From contig NC_043004.1 of NCBI RefSeq assembly GCF_006345805.1, forward strand, positions 3,658,001-3,722,000: 64,000 bases of DNA, written 5' to 3'. This stretch comes from Octopus sinensis (Eukaryota). Below are positions 25,976-39,100 of the stretch, piece after piece; position 1 is the stretch's first letter; every line of letters starts with the position of its first letter. Under the pieces are notes generated by a model that made no database searches, was not told where the DNA came from, and saw nothing but the letters and a program-made list of their open reading frames with translations. The position numbers and the translations under genes were made by a program.

Positions 25976-26411
25976 AGAGAGAAATAGTTTCAAAAAGGCT
26001 GTGTGGTTGAGACGCTCGCTTTGCAGCCCCATTGCTCCATGTTCAGTCCCACTACACGGTACTTTGGCCTACTTTCTTCTACAACAGCCCCATAGCCTCG
26101 AGATGATCAATTTCTTGGAAGTTGTATCGAAGCCCGTTGCGTGTGTGTGTCCATCACCACCACACCACTGACGACTGATGTTGATTTGTTTGCATCTACG
26201 TGACTTAACGGTCTGGCAAGAGTGAACGATAGATTAAATTCCAAACTCAAAACAAGTATTAGGATGGATTTGTTAGATGAAACCCTTCGCAGAGGTGCCC
26301 CAACATTGCTGCAGTCCAATGAGGGTCTCGAGATAAAAGGCAACATCCCACACAGCTTCTGGTTTCATGCTTTCAGTAGTACAATACATATTTAATGTCG
26401 GGTTTGAAGTA

Positions 26412-27701
26412 TCAGGTCATCCCATAATTTCTGTTCGATTTGACCTTTTTTAAAATTGAATAAAATTTAATAGTATTTTAGAATGTCTAATGGAATGAAA
26501 AATTATTTTTATACATTTGTGTACATTTAAACTAATTAAATATTATTTTACAGAATAATAGAATTAAATTTTCTTTGATTAAAACCCTTTTCTAAAATGG
26601 AAGTAGCCAAAGAGCATTTGAGGCACATAATGCTTTATGAGTACAAAAAAGGAAACTCAGCAGCCGAAACAACTCAAATCATGCACTCAGTTTATGGGAA
26701 AGAATGCTTGAATGAAAGAACTTGCAGAAGATGCTTTGCAAAATTCAGAAGTGGAGATTTCAGCCTTGAAGATGAAGATCAAACAGAATGTCCAGTTGAG
26801 TTTGATGACAAGCTCCTTGAGGCATTACTTGAAGAAAATCCTGCATTATCAGTTGAAGAATTGGCCATAAAGCTTAGTTCAAACCATACAACTGTTCATC
26901 GTCATCTTCAACAACTTAGAAAAGTTCCTAAAGTTGGAAAATGGGTTCTTCATGAATTGTACGAAAGGAACCACAAATCCCGAGTTGACATCTGCTCTTC
27001 TCACCATTCTCGCGAACTCATTTCACCCTTTTTGGATAGACTTGTGACTGATGACGAAAAATGGATCTTCTAGCGAAATATTAAACGTCGTAAACAGTGG
27101 CTTGGTAAAAGGGGAAAAGCTCAACCACTAACGAGAAGAGAACTTCATGGGAAAAAGGTTCTTCTCTCTATCTGGTGGGATTGCAAAGGAGCAATTCACT
27201 TTGAATTGTTACCATCTAATGCAACAATCAATGCTCAAGTCTACTGTCGGCAATTAGAGCGTTCGAACCAATCTTTGAAGAAAAAGAGGCCCGCTTTAGT
27301 GAATCGAAAAGGAGTGATGTTTCGTCAGGACAATGCGCGATCCCACACTGCAAAGATCACATCACAGAAGACCGAAGAGTTTGGTTGGAAAAAAATCCTC
27401 ATCCACCATATTCTCCCGACCTTGCTCCTTCAGACTACCATTTGTTTCATAGTTTACAGAATCATTTGGGGGACGTAACTTTCGCAAGCCAGGAGGAGGT
27501 CGAGACTGACATTTCAGCGTTCTTCGCTTTGAAACCAAAAGAGTTTTACATTGTTGGGATTAAAAAGCTTGTAAATAGATGGAAGGAAGTCATAGATAAT
27601 CAGGGAAAGTACATTGATGATTAAATTCCAATTAAAAATATAACATTTGATCACTTGTTTTCTTTATTCAAAATTCGGACGGAACTTATGGGATGACCAG
27701 A
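26412..27701 (+). mobile_element. Full-length mariner DNA transposon (DD34D), 1290 bp
   Basis: ~30-bp imperfect TIRs (TCAGGTCATCCCATAATTTCTG / CGGAACTTATGGGATGACCAGA) flanked by TA at 26410-26411 and 27702-27703. Confidence 0.97.
26597..27624 (+). pseudogene. Mariner transposase, inactivated by one nonsense codon (27071-27073) and one frameshift (~27390)
   Basis: WVLHEL, VTDDEKW, QDNA and HPPYSPDLAPSDY motifs; 34 residues between the last two catalytic D after frameshift repair. Confidence 0.95.
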
Positions 27702-28129
27702 TAAGTCTGGAGTTGAAACTACAAGAGGTCTGACAGCTGAAGTTTAGAATTTAGCCATTTCGATTTAGTCCGACTGCATACGTCGATCTGAGAGCAGCAG
27801 AACTGAATGACACCGCGTTAGATCGAAACCGTGGCCTCAATTACACTAACACAATCAGAATAATTATATTCCTTAATACATAGATGTGTGTGTGTGTGTG
27901 TGTTCATAACATACACTGAATGTATGAATGTGTATGGCGTTGATTTATACGCATTCGTGAGCATGCGTGTGTGTGGGTGTAAAATGTTTGTGTGAAATGG
28001 TCACGTGTTTACCAGTGACTACGCACACATACACATACGCACATATACATACATGCATGCGTGTGTGCGTAAACTTTGTGTTAAGTTGAAACTTCACAAA
28101 TTGCGTTTGAACGTGTTATCGTGTTTGTT

Positions 28130-28170
<41 letters not shown>

Positions 28171-28454
28171 GTGAGTGTTTTGGTGTGTATGTCTAGAAAT
28201 GTATGTATATACGTTTGCATATATATGTAGATGCTAGACCTGTAAAGCGCCCTTCTTCTAAGAAACGATATTTATTTCTGTTCAGTCTGCCCTTTGCCCA
28301 GGTTTAACTCAATTATTCCCCTTTTTACCACACTCTCCACTCTTCTGTAATCCCTTTACTTTCAAACTGACATAACTGATTGCTTCTGTCTTCGCTCGCC
28401 GCCGCTTCTCGCCACCTCCACCCTCGTCTTCTTTCCTACAATCTATTTCTGATA

Positions 28455-28455
28455 A

Positions 28456-28499
<44 letters not shown>

Positions 28500-28815
28500 T
28501 TTGTGTGTGTATTTTGGTGTACATCTTGGTTGCACATTTATAGGTATGCAGGTGTATGTATATATGTATATTTACGTATGTGCATCTTTTTATGTATCTA
28601 TACGAGTGATGTATATGCATGCATATATATATAATATATATATATACATGCACACAATTCCTATATATTTATATATGGATGCATATATAGATATACGTGT
28701 ATATATATATATATATTTATATATATATACATACATATATGCATGTGTATATATATACGTTTTATATATATATACATATGTATATATAAATGTATATACA
28801 TACATATATGCATGT

Positions 28816-28849
<34 letters not shown>

Positions 28850-29123
28850 CACGTGTATATATATATATACATATATGCGTGTATATATATATGCATGAAT
28901 ATATATACATACACATGCGTATGTAGCCATACGTATGTGTACGTGTGTATATGTGTATACATACTAACATATATATATATTGATACGTGTATATGCATAT
29001 ATGTGCATATACAGACAGATTCGTATATATTCATATATGAATGTATATATAGATTTATACATATATACGTTTATATGCATATATATACGTGTATATACAT
29101 GTATATATATATTATATATATAT

Positions 29124-29157
<34 letters not shown>

Positions 29158-29540
29158 CGTGTATATGCATATATATATATACGTGTATATGCATATATAT
29201 ATATATATATACGTGTATATGCATATATATATAATATATATATATACGTGTATATGCATATATATATATATACGTGTATATACATATATGCATATATATA
29301 TGTGTGTGTGTGTGTGTATATATATATATACGTGTATATGCATATATATATATATATATGTGTATGTATATATATACACGTGTATATACATACGTATATA
29401 CATGCGTATATGCGTGCGTATGCAGGCATACATACGTATGTATATATGCATATGTGTGTGCGTGTGTATGCGTGTATACATACAAGCATATACATTGATA
29501 CGTATGACATTTAGCATATATATATATATCATAACATATA
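28455..29540. repeat. ~1.1-kb compound (AT)n/(GT)n field with recurring ATACGTGTATATGC sub-units
   Basis: Direct inspection; the source of the 295-aa and other Y/I ORFs. Confidence 0.95.
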
Positions 29541-30184
29541 TATGCATCTCCCATTCTCTGCTTTACACGCGCGCACTCTTTGTCTTCCCTCCATCTCTTG
29601 ATCGTTCCCTCTTTATCTCACCTCACTCTCCATTTCATCCGTCTTTACGTTCTGAGTTCAAATTCTACCGAGGTTGACTTTGCCTTTCATCCTTCGGGGA
29701 TCGATAAAATAAGTACCAGTTAAACTCTGGGGTCGATGCAACCGACTTACCCCCTCCTCCGAAATTGCTGGCCTTGTGCCAAAATTTGAAGCCAACATTA
29801 TGTTCTGAGTTCAAATCTCGCCCAGATCAACTTTCCCGTTCAACCTCATTTGTACCAATCAAACGTTATGTTGTATCGCAGTACTTCAATGGTACTTTAT
29901 TTTGTCGACCACAAAACTGCCGACCTTCAGCTTATTATTCTTGGGATTATTTGACTCTTCACTTTCTTTTGTTTCGTCTTTACTTTTTTTTCTTTCGCTT
30001 TCTGTCGGAAAATCTCGTTTTCGCTGACCTTACATGTGAGAACATGCGAGACTATTGTAAATATTTGCCGACAATGTGTTCCTATCAGTTTAAGGATTGC
30101 CTGAGGGAACAATGAACAGAATCGCAATACGTAGAGGACTTTTAGGGAAATAGTATCTCTATTTCTTTCTAGGATCTCTCCCCG

Positions 30185-30216
<32 letters not shown>

Positions 30217-30424
30217 TTCTCTTCTTTAAAATTTTCCTCCTCCTTTCCTATTTTTACTTTCCCTTTCAATGTTTTTATTTTTTATATCTCATTGTCATTC
30301 GTTTGTTTGTCTCTTTCTCTCCTACTCTCTCATTCTTTCTTTCTCAGACACACTCGTTCGTTTTTGCTTTATCTCTCGCTGTTTTTCTCTGTTTCGTTTT
30401 CTTGTCTCAATTTCTTTTATCTAC

Positions 30425-30592
30425 ACCTCTCTCTCTCACTCACACTCTCTCTCTCACTCACACTCTCTCTCTCTCTCACTCACACTCTCTCTCTCTCACT
30501 CACTCACTCACTCACTCACTCACTCACTCACTCACTCACTCACTCTCACTCTCTCTCTCTCTCTCTCTCTCTCACTCACTCACACATACACA
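30425..30592. repeat. (CT)n/(CTCA)n compound microsatellite
   Basis: Direct inspection. Confidence 0.9.
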
Positions 30593-31464
30593 CATTCTTT
30601 TTCTTAAAGATCATCTTTCTGTCCTCATCTCTTTTCATTCTTTGCTTTCATGTCCATTCTTCCACTCCTAAAACCATCATAAACACACACACACACACAC
30701 ATTCTCGCAAACACACCTTCACACACAACATGTTTCCCCTGCTCCAAACATGTCAGCCATGTTTGAGAGGGTCAGTGACTTTTAATGACCAAGAGGTCAA
30801 AGGTAAATGTTTCCAGCATTAAATCGTCTGCTTCGACTACATTTATATTACAACAACCTCAGCCAATGTCAAACATGCTTCCAGCTTCAGTTTGTAAAAT
30901 ATTGTTATTCTTGTAGATCCCCTCTACTGAAGACCTTCAACAGCCGGTGGTGGGGGGAGGGGGTTTTATTAGGGGGGGGTCAGTGCTGGGACGGGGCTAC
31001 AGTTGACAATTTGTCCTCTAGTGTTTGGTTTTTGTTTTGATATTTTTAGGGGTTTTTTTAACGTTTTTTTCGGCAAATAAAGCTCACCTTAAACATTTGT
31101 CTGTCATCAACAACAACAACAACATTAACAACAACAGCAATGAAATAAAGTAACATTAAAACAACAACAAATACAAAAGAAAAAGACAGCCACAAAAACA
31201 ACAACAAAAACACGAAGAAAATCATCAAATACAATTACTTTAATTACGAATGCAATAACTACTACTGCTACTACTACAACTACTATTACTTTTTCTGCTG
31301 CTGCCACCACCACTGCTACTATCTCTTCAGTTACGTCTGCAACGATTACTATTGCTGCTACTGTTACTACTGCTACTACTACAAGAATGGCAGCAACAAA
31401 ATCAAAAACAAGATTTCTAAGAACAACAATACCAATTGTACCATTAACAATGTCTACAATGACG

Positions 31465-31695
31465 AAGGTGGCGAGGTGGCAGAATGGTTAGCACGCCGGG
31501 CGAAATGCTTTCGTCTGCCGCTACATTTTGAGTTCAAATTCCGCTAAGGTCGACTTTGCCTTTCATCCCTTTTCGGAGGTCGATTAAATAAGTACCAATT
31601 ATGCACTGGGGTCGATATCCCCGACTTAATCCCTTTGTCGGTCCTTGTTTGTCCCCCTCTATGTTCAGCCCCTTGTGGGCAATAAAGAAATAAAT
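31465..31695 (+). mobile_element. SINE family A with tail X
   Basis: Head, core and tail ending GCCCCTTGTGGGCAATAAAGAAATA. Confidence 0.9.
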
Positions 31696-32842
31696 ATCTA
31701 CTACTACTATTACTACTACTAGCGGTGGTGGTGCAATAGCAACTACAGGGTTACAGTAACAATATCATTATCAACAACAACATGAGCAAAAACAGCAGCA
31801 ACAACAACTAACAGCGACACTATAACCAAAAATAATTAAAAAGGGTTGTTTTGTAATGGTGGTGGTGGTGGTGGTGGGAGGAAAGTGTTGAAGGGTTAGT
31901 CAAGATTTCATGGATGTTGACATGTTTGGAATGGGGAGTTGAGGGCGGTGGAGGAACAGCAATAAAAAGTTCTAAACTTTGCTCTTTTATTTTTGCTCTT
32001 TTTTTGTTGTTGTTGTTGTTGTTGTTGTTGTTTTTACTTTTACACTTTTGTTTTTTTATTTTTCTAAGTTACCCCGAATATGAATGAAAAGCGATTGTAA
32101 AGCGAATGAGTTGTAGAGCGAGATAAAACAATGAGAGTTTCTTAGGAAAATTCAAGTTGAATTGTTCAAAAATGTAATTATTTACAAAGCGTTGTGATTG
32201 ATTGTGAATATTTGTACTGATGTGGCTAAAAAAAAAACTGGATGCTTGAGAAAAAACCTCAAACAAAAAGACCGTTTTTACTTTCAATGATTGTTTAACA
32301 CCAACCAACCAACCAGCCAGCCATCACTACCAGCGTTCAGATCCATTCTTCCTCTCCAGAGTCTTCTTGAAGTTTTTGTTACAGAACTCATGAATCAAAG
32401 CCATTTGTCTCAAGCAAAATCGGTTTCCGTCAATCTTGGTTTTTATCTTGGTCTTTTTCTTTTGAAATGAGACAACGGAAGAAGAGCGGAAGAAGGATTA
32501 ATGAGAAATAATCGACTGAGTCGGATCTATAGTAAATTCCAGTAACTCTTTCTTAATGATCTCAAAGAGACGAACGTCTACAGTTATATATATATATATT
32601 AAATAAAAGAAAAACGAAGAACAAACACAAAAAAACAATGCAAGGACGTGGTACGTGTAAAGTATTAGCAGACGTTCAGGAAAGGAAAGAAAGGCGGTTT
32701 TACGCTTCGAGCAAAGCTCTTCGTCAGAAACAGGAGACAGGGGAAAGTCCAATAGAAAAGGAAGACGGAGGGGGAAAATCGCCCACGATTCACATGTTAC
32801 ATTTTGAAATGTGTGTATATATACATACATTATATCTATATA

Positions 32843-32887
<45 letters not shown>

Positions 32888-33429
32888 GTGTAAGGAGGGT
32901 TGAAATCCAAGCTGTGTTCTCCTAAAGCATATCTGCTTATTCCAGTAATATAATCCAGAGTGTCGTTGTATTTGATTTTTCTGTCTGAAGAATTTCTAAT
33001 AAGACATTTCTTACACGTTTATCCAACATGTATAACTTTCTAATTCCTATTAGCAAATGAAACACGTGTAATGGTGAATAAAACAATTAAAAAAAATGTT
33101 TCCAACCTCCTGTTTTTATATATATGCCCAGCCTAAGGCTCACAATTCCTGTTGGAGTTGTGGTGGCACCATTGTGACATACGGCGTGCCTTGGGCACTG
33201 AAACCTAGCGGAGCCCATCCTTCTCCAGACCTGACCATTACCAGTTTTTTCCAAGTTGGAACAAAGGGAGGGAATCGATCCGGGCAATGGACAGTTACAA
33301 TATTCATCGACCCAGAAAGGATGAAAGGCAAAAATGACCTCAGTAAGGTTTGAACCAAGAACTCTGGGAACCTGAGCAAATACCATAAGACATTTTATTC
33401 GATGCCCAAATGATCCCACTAAAATCACG

Positions 33430-33640
33430 CTATCTACCAGACTATTGGATCTTGTTATACATCGCTGGTCACAATGCACTTAGCATTGTTTCAGATTTTG
33501 AATGATGCCACCCCGCTGGTTAGGCGAAGCAGGCCAACGTTCTTCCCCCTTGATCGGAAGTCCAGTCCGTTGCAAGGTTAGCACCCATTTACGGCCGAGT
33601 GGACTGGTGTAACGTGAAATAAAGGGTCTCCACCTCTTAA
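33430..33640 (-). mobile_element. SINE fragment with V-like core and RTE-like 3' tail
   Basis: Reverse complement CCTTGCAACGGACTGGACTTCCGATC...TGTGACCAGCGATGT. Confidence 0.55.
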
Positions 33641-33654
33641 CCCAACGAACTTTT

Positions 33655-34050
33655 CTTGGATTTTCTACACCGTCTACACTTCGGACTATTCCACCTAGAT
33701 TCTCTACCTGGACTTTCTACCCTCGTACACTTCAGCTGCACCTCTCCTACCCATGGACTACACTGGACTCTTCCGTTGATGAGAAATCGCTCCAATACAC
33801 CACGATGTTTGAAGCTTTTGAACCTTTTGTACTTAACTTTTTTGTACTTTCTGCTTTTTCCTGTTGTCGTTTCGCCATGATAGCTCGCTAGCCACTACAC
33901 ATTCTTTATTTTCTCTCCCTGTTTCTCTCAGTGTTCCTTTCTGTGGAAGAGCGTAGGCTCGAAACGTTAAAGACATTTTCAATTCCCGAGCGTTAAACTA
34001 ATACATCTGTTTCTTGTCTATACCACCTGTCTTCGCCTTTTGCGTTTTGT
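33655..34050 (+). mobile_element. Penelope-like terminal (pLTR-type) fragment with a variant hammerhead motif at 33937-33972
   Basis: CTGTGGA-A-GAGC gtag GCTC-GAAAC-GTT; no coding capacity seen. Confidence 0.5.
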
Positions 34051-34083
34051 ATATATTTGTTATTCTTTAATGGGAATAACTTC

Positions 34084-34482
34084 GATAATAGTATTGATAG
34101 TGATTTCGAAGTTTCGGGTAGCCAAGCGATCATCGGACTTCAATACACTTTTAGTTCATCTTAAGTTTTATATAGTCTCTGCTAAGTAAAATTTTTGCAG
34201 GGTAACCCGAGTTCTGTTGAATGAAAATTACACTGTATGGTGGGTTATGGTGGCCAAATGGTACGGAGAATTTTTATTGCTTAAATTTGGGGAAATTCTG
34301 ATTGATTAAATTTATTTCTCTTAGCAATTCTAACAGTCAGATTTCCCCAAATTCAATCAATGAAAATTATCCATGCCATGTGGCCACCACAACCTAAGGG
34401 AGATTATAGAAAGCCAAGATGAACTTAAATGCATTAAAGTTCGATGATGGCTTTAGCTGGTCGAAACTTCAGTTCTATTATC
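34084..34482. mobile_element. Old foldback/MITE with ~130-bp diverged inverted arms
   Basis: 34108-34301 aligns with the reverse complement of 34337-34470, with a ~60-bp insert in the left arm. Confidence 0.75.
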
Positions 34483-35007
34483 CTTCAATTTTAGGTAAAA
34501 TTTTAAATTTTAGGTAAAACTGGTTTTATTGACATAAAAACAAACACTTACAAATGTGCATGTGTGTGTATATGTGCGTGTGTGTGTATATGTGCGTGTG
34601 TGTATGTGCGTGTATATATGTGCGTGTGTATATATATAATATATATATATAAGTCGGTGATCAGGCAGGAACGTTAGCATGCCGGGCGAAATGCTTAGAA
34701 GCATTTCGTCCGTCCTTACGTTCTGAGTTCAAATTCCGCTGAGTCACTTTGCCCTTCATCCTTTCAGAGTCGGTAAAATAAGTACCAGTTACGCCCTGGG
34801 GGCTCAATGTAATCGATTTACCCCCTCCCCCAAACGTGCTGGCCTTGTGCCAGAGTTTGAAATAATTAGATAGATAGACAGATAGATAGATTGATAAAGT
34901 GAGGGAGAGTATACATGGCGGTATTAATATATTGACAAGAACGGATGTGCTTGTGTGTGTGCGTATATATATATATATATATATATATGTATTATATATA
35001 TATTAAA

Positions 35008-35037
35008 GACCCGTCGTTGCCGGGTCATAGTGCTAGT
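35008..35037 (+). mobile_element. Isolated Helitron 3' end (hairpin plus CTAG^T)
   Basis: GACCCG-tcgttgc-CGGGTC hairpin, 6 nt, then CTAG followed by T. Confidence 0.6.
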
Positions 35038-35169
35038 GCATGTATATATGTGTATATATATGTGTACATATTATATGTACATCTATATATATACATCTAC
35101 ACATAAAATATAAGGTTATATTTTGATATCGCTTGTGATAACAATACTCAAAATATATAACAGACTGGA

Positions 35170-36041
35170 ATTGTTAGCCCGTCTCTTGTAATTTCGATCA
35201 ATTGTATCTTGTCCTCCCTCTTGTATAGAAGTGTGGCTACAATCCAGCCTACCTCTACTTCTGGGGGGGGGTGCATTTTTAACTTTTATCCGGGACGTCC
35301 TACGCCCCAGATATAAAGGTAAAAATAAAATATTTCCACTTTGCAAGGTTCGAGTCGAGTACTCCCTTGCATGCTCCGTTGACTCGAACCATGCTTCTAT
35401 TGTGGCGAATTTACCGCCTCTGGTTAGATACTTGATATCTTTCATAGTCGCACCAAGACACTTTTCAATGGTTCTTTCCTCCAGGTGTTCAAATCGTTTT
35501 TTTTTCTCTACATTGTATACTTTATAGGCAATAGTCTTTTCTTTAATTTTATTTTTTATTTCGTTTAGTGGTGTTATCCTAGATTCACCGTCTTTGTCGG
35601 TGATCAATCCGAAGTAGGTTTGTATTTCTTCCATTTTAATTTTAATGAGTTCGCCGCCCGCCGACGGCTGCAGCGAAATTCATTTTTAGATTTTCTTCTA
35701 TCGAAGGCATTCTAACAAAAATGCTTCCGTGTAAACGGTGAAAATATTGTCAATTTCCCCCAAACAGGGACAACAATTCAATTTTTAAACATAATCAAAG
35801 CTCCTTCTCCCAAAGGGGAGGGTTCATTTATACAATTATTTAACAAATGCACACACAACAACGCTTCCTTACGAGGAACCAACAAACGTGATAACAATAA
35901 ACATAAATAATCATAAAACATAAATAATAAACATAATAAATAATAATAACAACAATAATAATAATAACAACAAACCTTACGGTAAACAAAAAAGCAGTAC
36001 TCTGTTGAAGCTATAGCCTTATGGATCAGAAATAAACCAAC
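35170..36041 (-). mobile_element. Tx1/L1-like element B: 5' UTR plus ORF1 N-terminal half (ORF 35634-35116); 3' part lost
   Basis: KEKTIAYKVYNVEKKKRFEHLEERTIEKCL...LPLYLGRRT aligns with element A ORF1 KERIVIYKVYSFKEKKIMDVKNEMVEKCL...LPSYMGKRT. Confidence 0.8.
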
Positions 36042-36164
36042 AGCGGTACTCAGTAGATATTTCTTTATTATGATTATATAATCACACATAGAAGGACAAA
36101 TAAATACATACATGCAAAAAAACAGTTAAGAGATTCGTTTTAAAAATTTTCATTTACATTTGGA

Positions 36165-39100
36165 TTATAAAAATAAAAATAATGTCATCCTTACATGACT
36201 TAGTAGAACAAACCACAGTACATAACTGGAGCCTCTGCACCCCGGCAATTATGAGGCCTGCAGCTTCCACCTTCCTCTCTCTCCTCCATGGTCAAGCTGG
36301 GTTTCTGACAACCCACCTTTTTTCCACTTCCTTCCATCTTTTTTCTCGTACACACGCCGCGGTAAGATCCTCTTCTCCAGCCCCATTTTGCTCTTCAGAT
36401 GATATCTGAAGTAAGTGAGCAAGCTGGGGCCGGAGACAAAGGATCCTATCGCGGCTCCTTCCATTCTCGTTCTCCACATGCATTCCTTTACTACTGCAAC
36501 CGTGCAGTGAAAACATGCCTCACCTTCCTTCGAGAGTCCAGTTGGCGTATCATCTTAATCATAGACTCAGCCGACAGCTGTAACTCGTCCCAGATGCGAT
36601 AACACGTGTTCTGCGTAACTTATCAAGTCGGACAACTTCCGACAGTGAACAAAAGCGTGCTGGACGGTTTCATCGTCCAACTCGCACCTTGGACACGTCG
36701 GTGGCACTGAAACTCCGTGCCGTGATAACTTCTCGCGAACAGGTAAAGCATTCCTATAACACTGCCAGCCAGGGATCTTTGGAAATTATCCAAATACCCC
36801 GACCTGAAAGTTTTTTTAAACAGGTTGGCAAGCTGGTCTTCATCAAACCCCAGAGCCCCTCCTAGGACGTCGTCGTTTTTTTGGCTCTACCAGCCCTCTA
36901 TAAAATACCGAGAGGGGTATTTCCGCAGCCGGCCTTGCCCGCCTTGTGATCATCGTGAGTGCCTGTCGGCACTCCTTTTGCCATGGAGTCAGTTTCCATC
37001 TTTTGATGTAACCGGGTTTAAAATTCACTAAAGAGGCCGGTCTCGGGAAAAATCCCCCTGCCAGCGGACTCCACACCTTATCACCTTCCAGGTGGTGCCA
37101 GAGATGCCTAGCCTCAACGCATGTCTGCGCATCATCAACCAAGGCATTCCTAACCCACCTTTAACGGTTCCTGGCAGCAAACGGAGCGCCTCACAAGTGG
37201 CCTTCCTCCTTTCCACAAAAGCGGAAAAGGATTCGCTCCAACTTGTTAAGCCATGAACCGGGGCAAGGGACAACGGTCAGGCGGTAGGTGATTACAGATG
37301 CAATGAACATCTGCACCACCTCCGCCCTTTCCTTTCAAGGACAGAAACCTTCCGACCAGGTCCGTACTATGGCTTCCACCTTGCTTGTCACCTCACTCCT
37401 CAGTTCTTCTCCGTTGGGAGTCTGGCCCAAACCAAACTCCCAGCAACTTAACAGGGCCATCCGTCCAGTGTCCCACGACACTGGACGATATCGACTTGCT
37501 CCTCCAGGTGCCGAGGCGCAAGCCAACCGATTTGTCCTTGTTAACCTTTGCTCCTGCCACCGCCTCGTATCCTCTGATAGCCTCCTCTACACAAGGTAGT
37601 TGGGCCTCTTTGGACACGATGAGGGTGACGTCATCCGCATAAGCAGTAACCGTCCTCCCACCTCCGATTTCATCCGAGTTACTCCCCAGCCTCTCCAACT
37701 TTCGCAGCAATGGCTCAAGAGCCAATACGTACAAAAGTGGTGACAAGGGGCACCCCTGACGCACTGAACACTCGATCGAAAACGGTTTCGTTAGGTAACC
37801 GTTTATCTGGACGGTGGACTTGATGCCGCTATACATAGCGGAGATCCACCCGCGAAATTCAGGGCCCAGCCCAGCCGCTTCGAGGACCGTCGCCAGGTAC
37901 CCATGGTCTACCCTATCGAAGGCTTTACTTTGGTCTAAATGGACCTTACCCCGCCTTTGCCGCTAATTTACCCACCCTATCTAAGGTGTAGCGTATAAGG
38001 TGAAGGTTGTCCTGGATCGACCTGCCTGGAATTGCACATGTCTGTGCTCTCCCTACAAGTTTTCTCCACGACAACCGTCCAACCTTTTTCCAACACCTTG
38101 GCCAAAATCTTTAACTCTACATTAAGTAGAGTTATGGCCTGTAGTTACTGATGTTATCCCCCTTGCTCGGGTCTTTCTGGATTAGCGTCACCACTCCCCG
38201 GCTTACAGAACTGGGAATTCTCCCATTCTGTTGCCAGTTCGTGTAGACGCCCGCCAGTATTCCCCCGAACAAGTCCGGCATACTTTGGTAAAACTCGTAG
38301 GGAGACCATCCAACCCCAACCCCGGCGACTTCTCCCCGGCGCATCCGGCCAGTATCTCCTTTATCTCCGCGGAGTGATGATCTGCTCCTTCAGCACACCA
38401 CCTCACGCCCCGCGAGCCGCGGTCCCGCCGGCTAGGAAGTCCTTTAAGGCTCTCCCCCGATCCAGCGAACCACCACCCCCGAACACGCGGGCGAAATGCT
38501 GGTGAAGAAACTTTTGCATCTCCTCCTGTCCATAGATCTTTTGTCCCTGTTCGTCAGTCAAGATTTGATTGAGGCTCTGTTGCCTCTCTGACTCTCTCTC
38601 CACACGACGGGCCCATCCGGCCACGTTAATACCTTCTCGTTTCCCAGCGCGTAGCTTAGCTCTGACTCTGCAACCTTCGTGTTTGGAGTTAAGGTGACGG
38701 TACAATACCGTCCTTGCCGCCAACACTCCGGATGCAGAGCCAGCTTCCATTGCCTCGTCTAGATTCTTAACTAAATCGCCCTCTAGACTAGCCCTATCTA
38801 TCCTTAGCTGATTGCTAAATCTAACGGACTCTGAACGAATGGCTCTTTTGAGGGCGTGCCACCATCTATTGTTAATGATGGTGCCACACAATGCCCTCTG
38901 AACTAACACCTTAATCCGGGTACGGAAGTCTTCACAATTCAAAATAGCCTTGTTCAGCTTCCAGTACCCGGGTCCCTGTCTATGACACTTGTCTAATTGC
39001 ATCCCACCCGTCACAAATTTGTGATCCGAGTAGGGTACAATATGAAATTGTGGACAACTAAACGTATCCTTATCTCTTTTCTTGATAAATATCCTATCTA

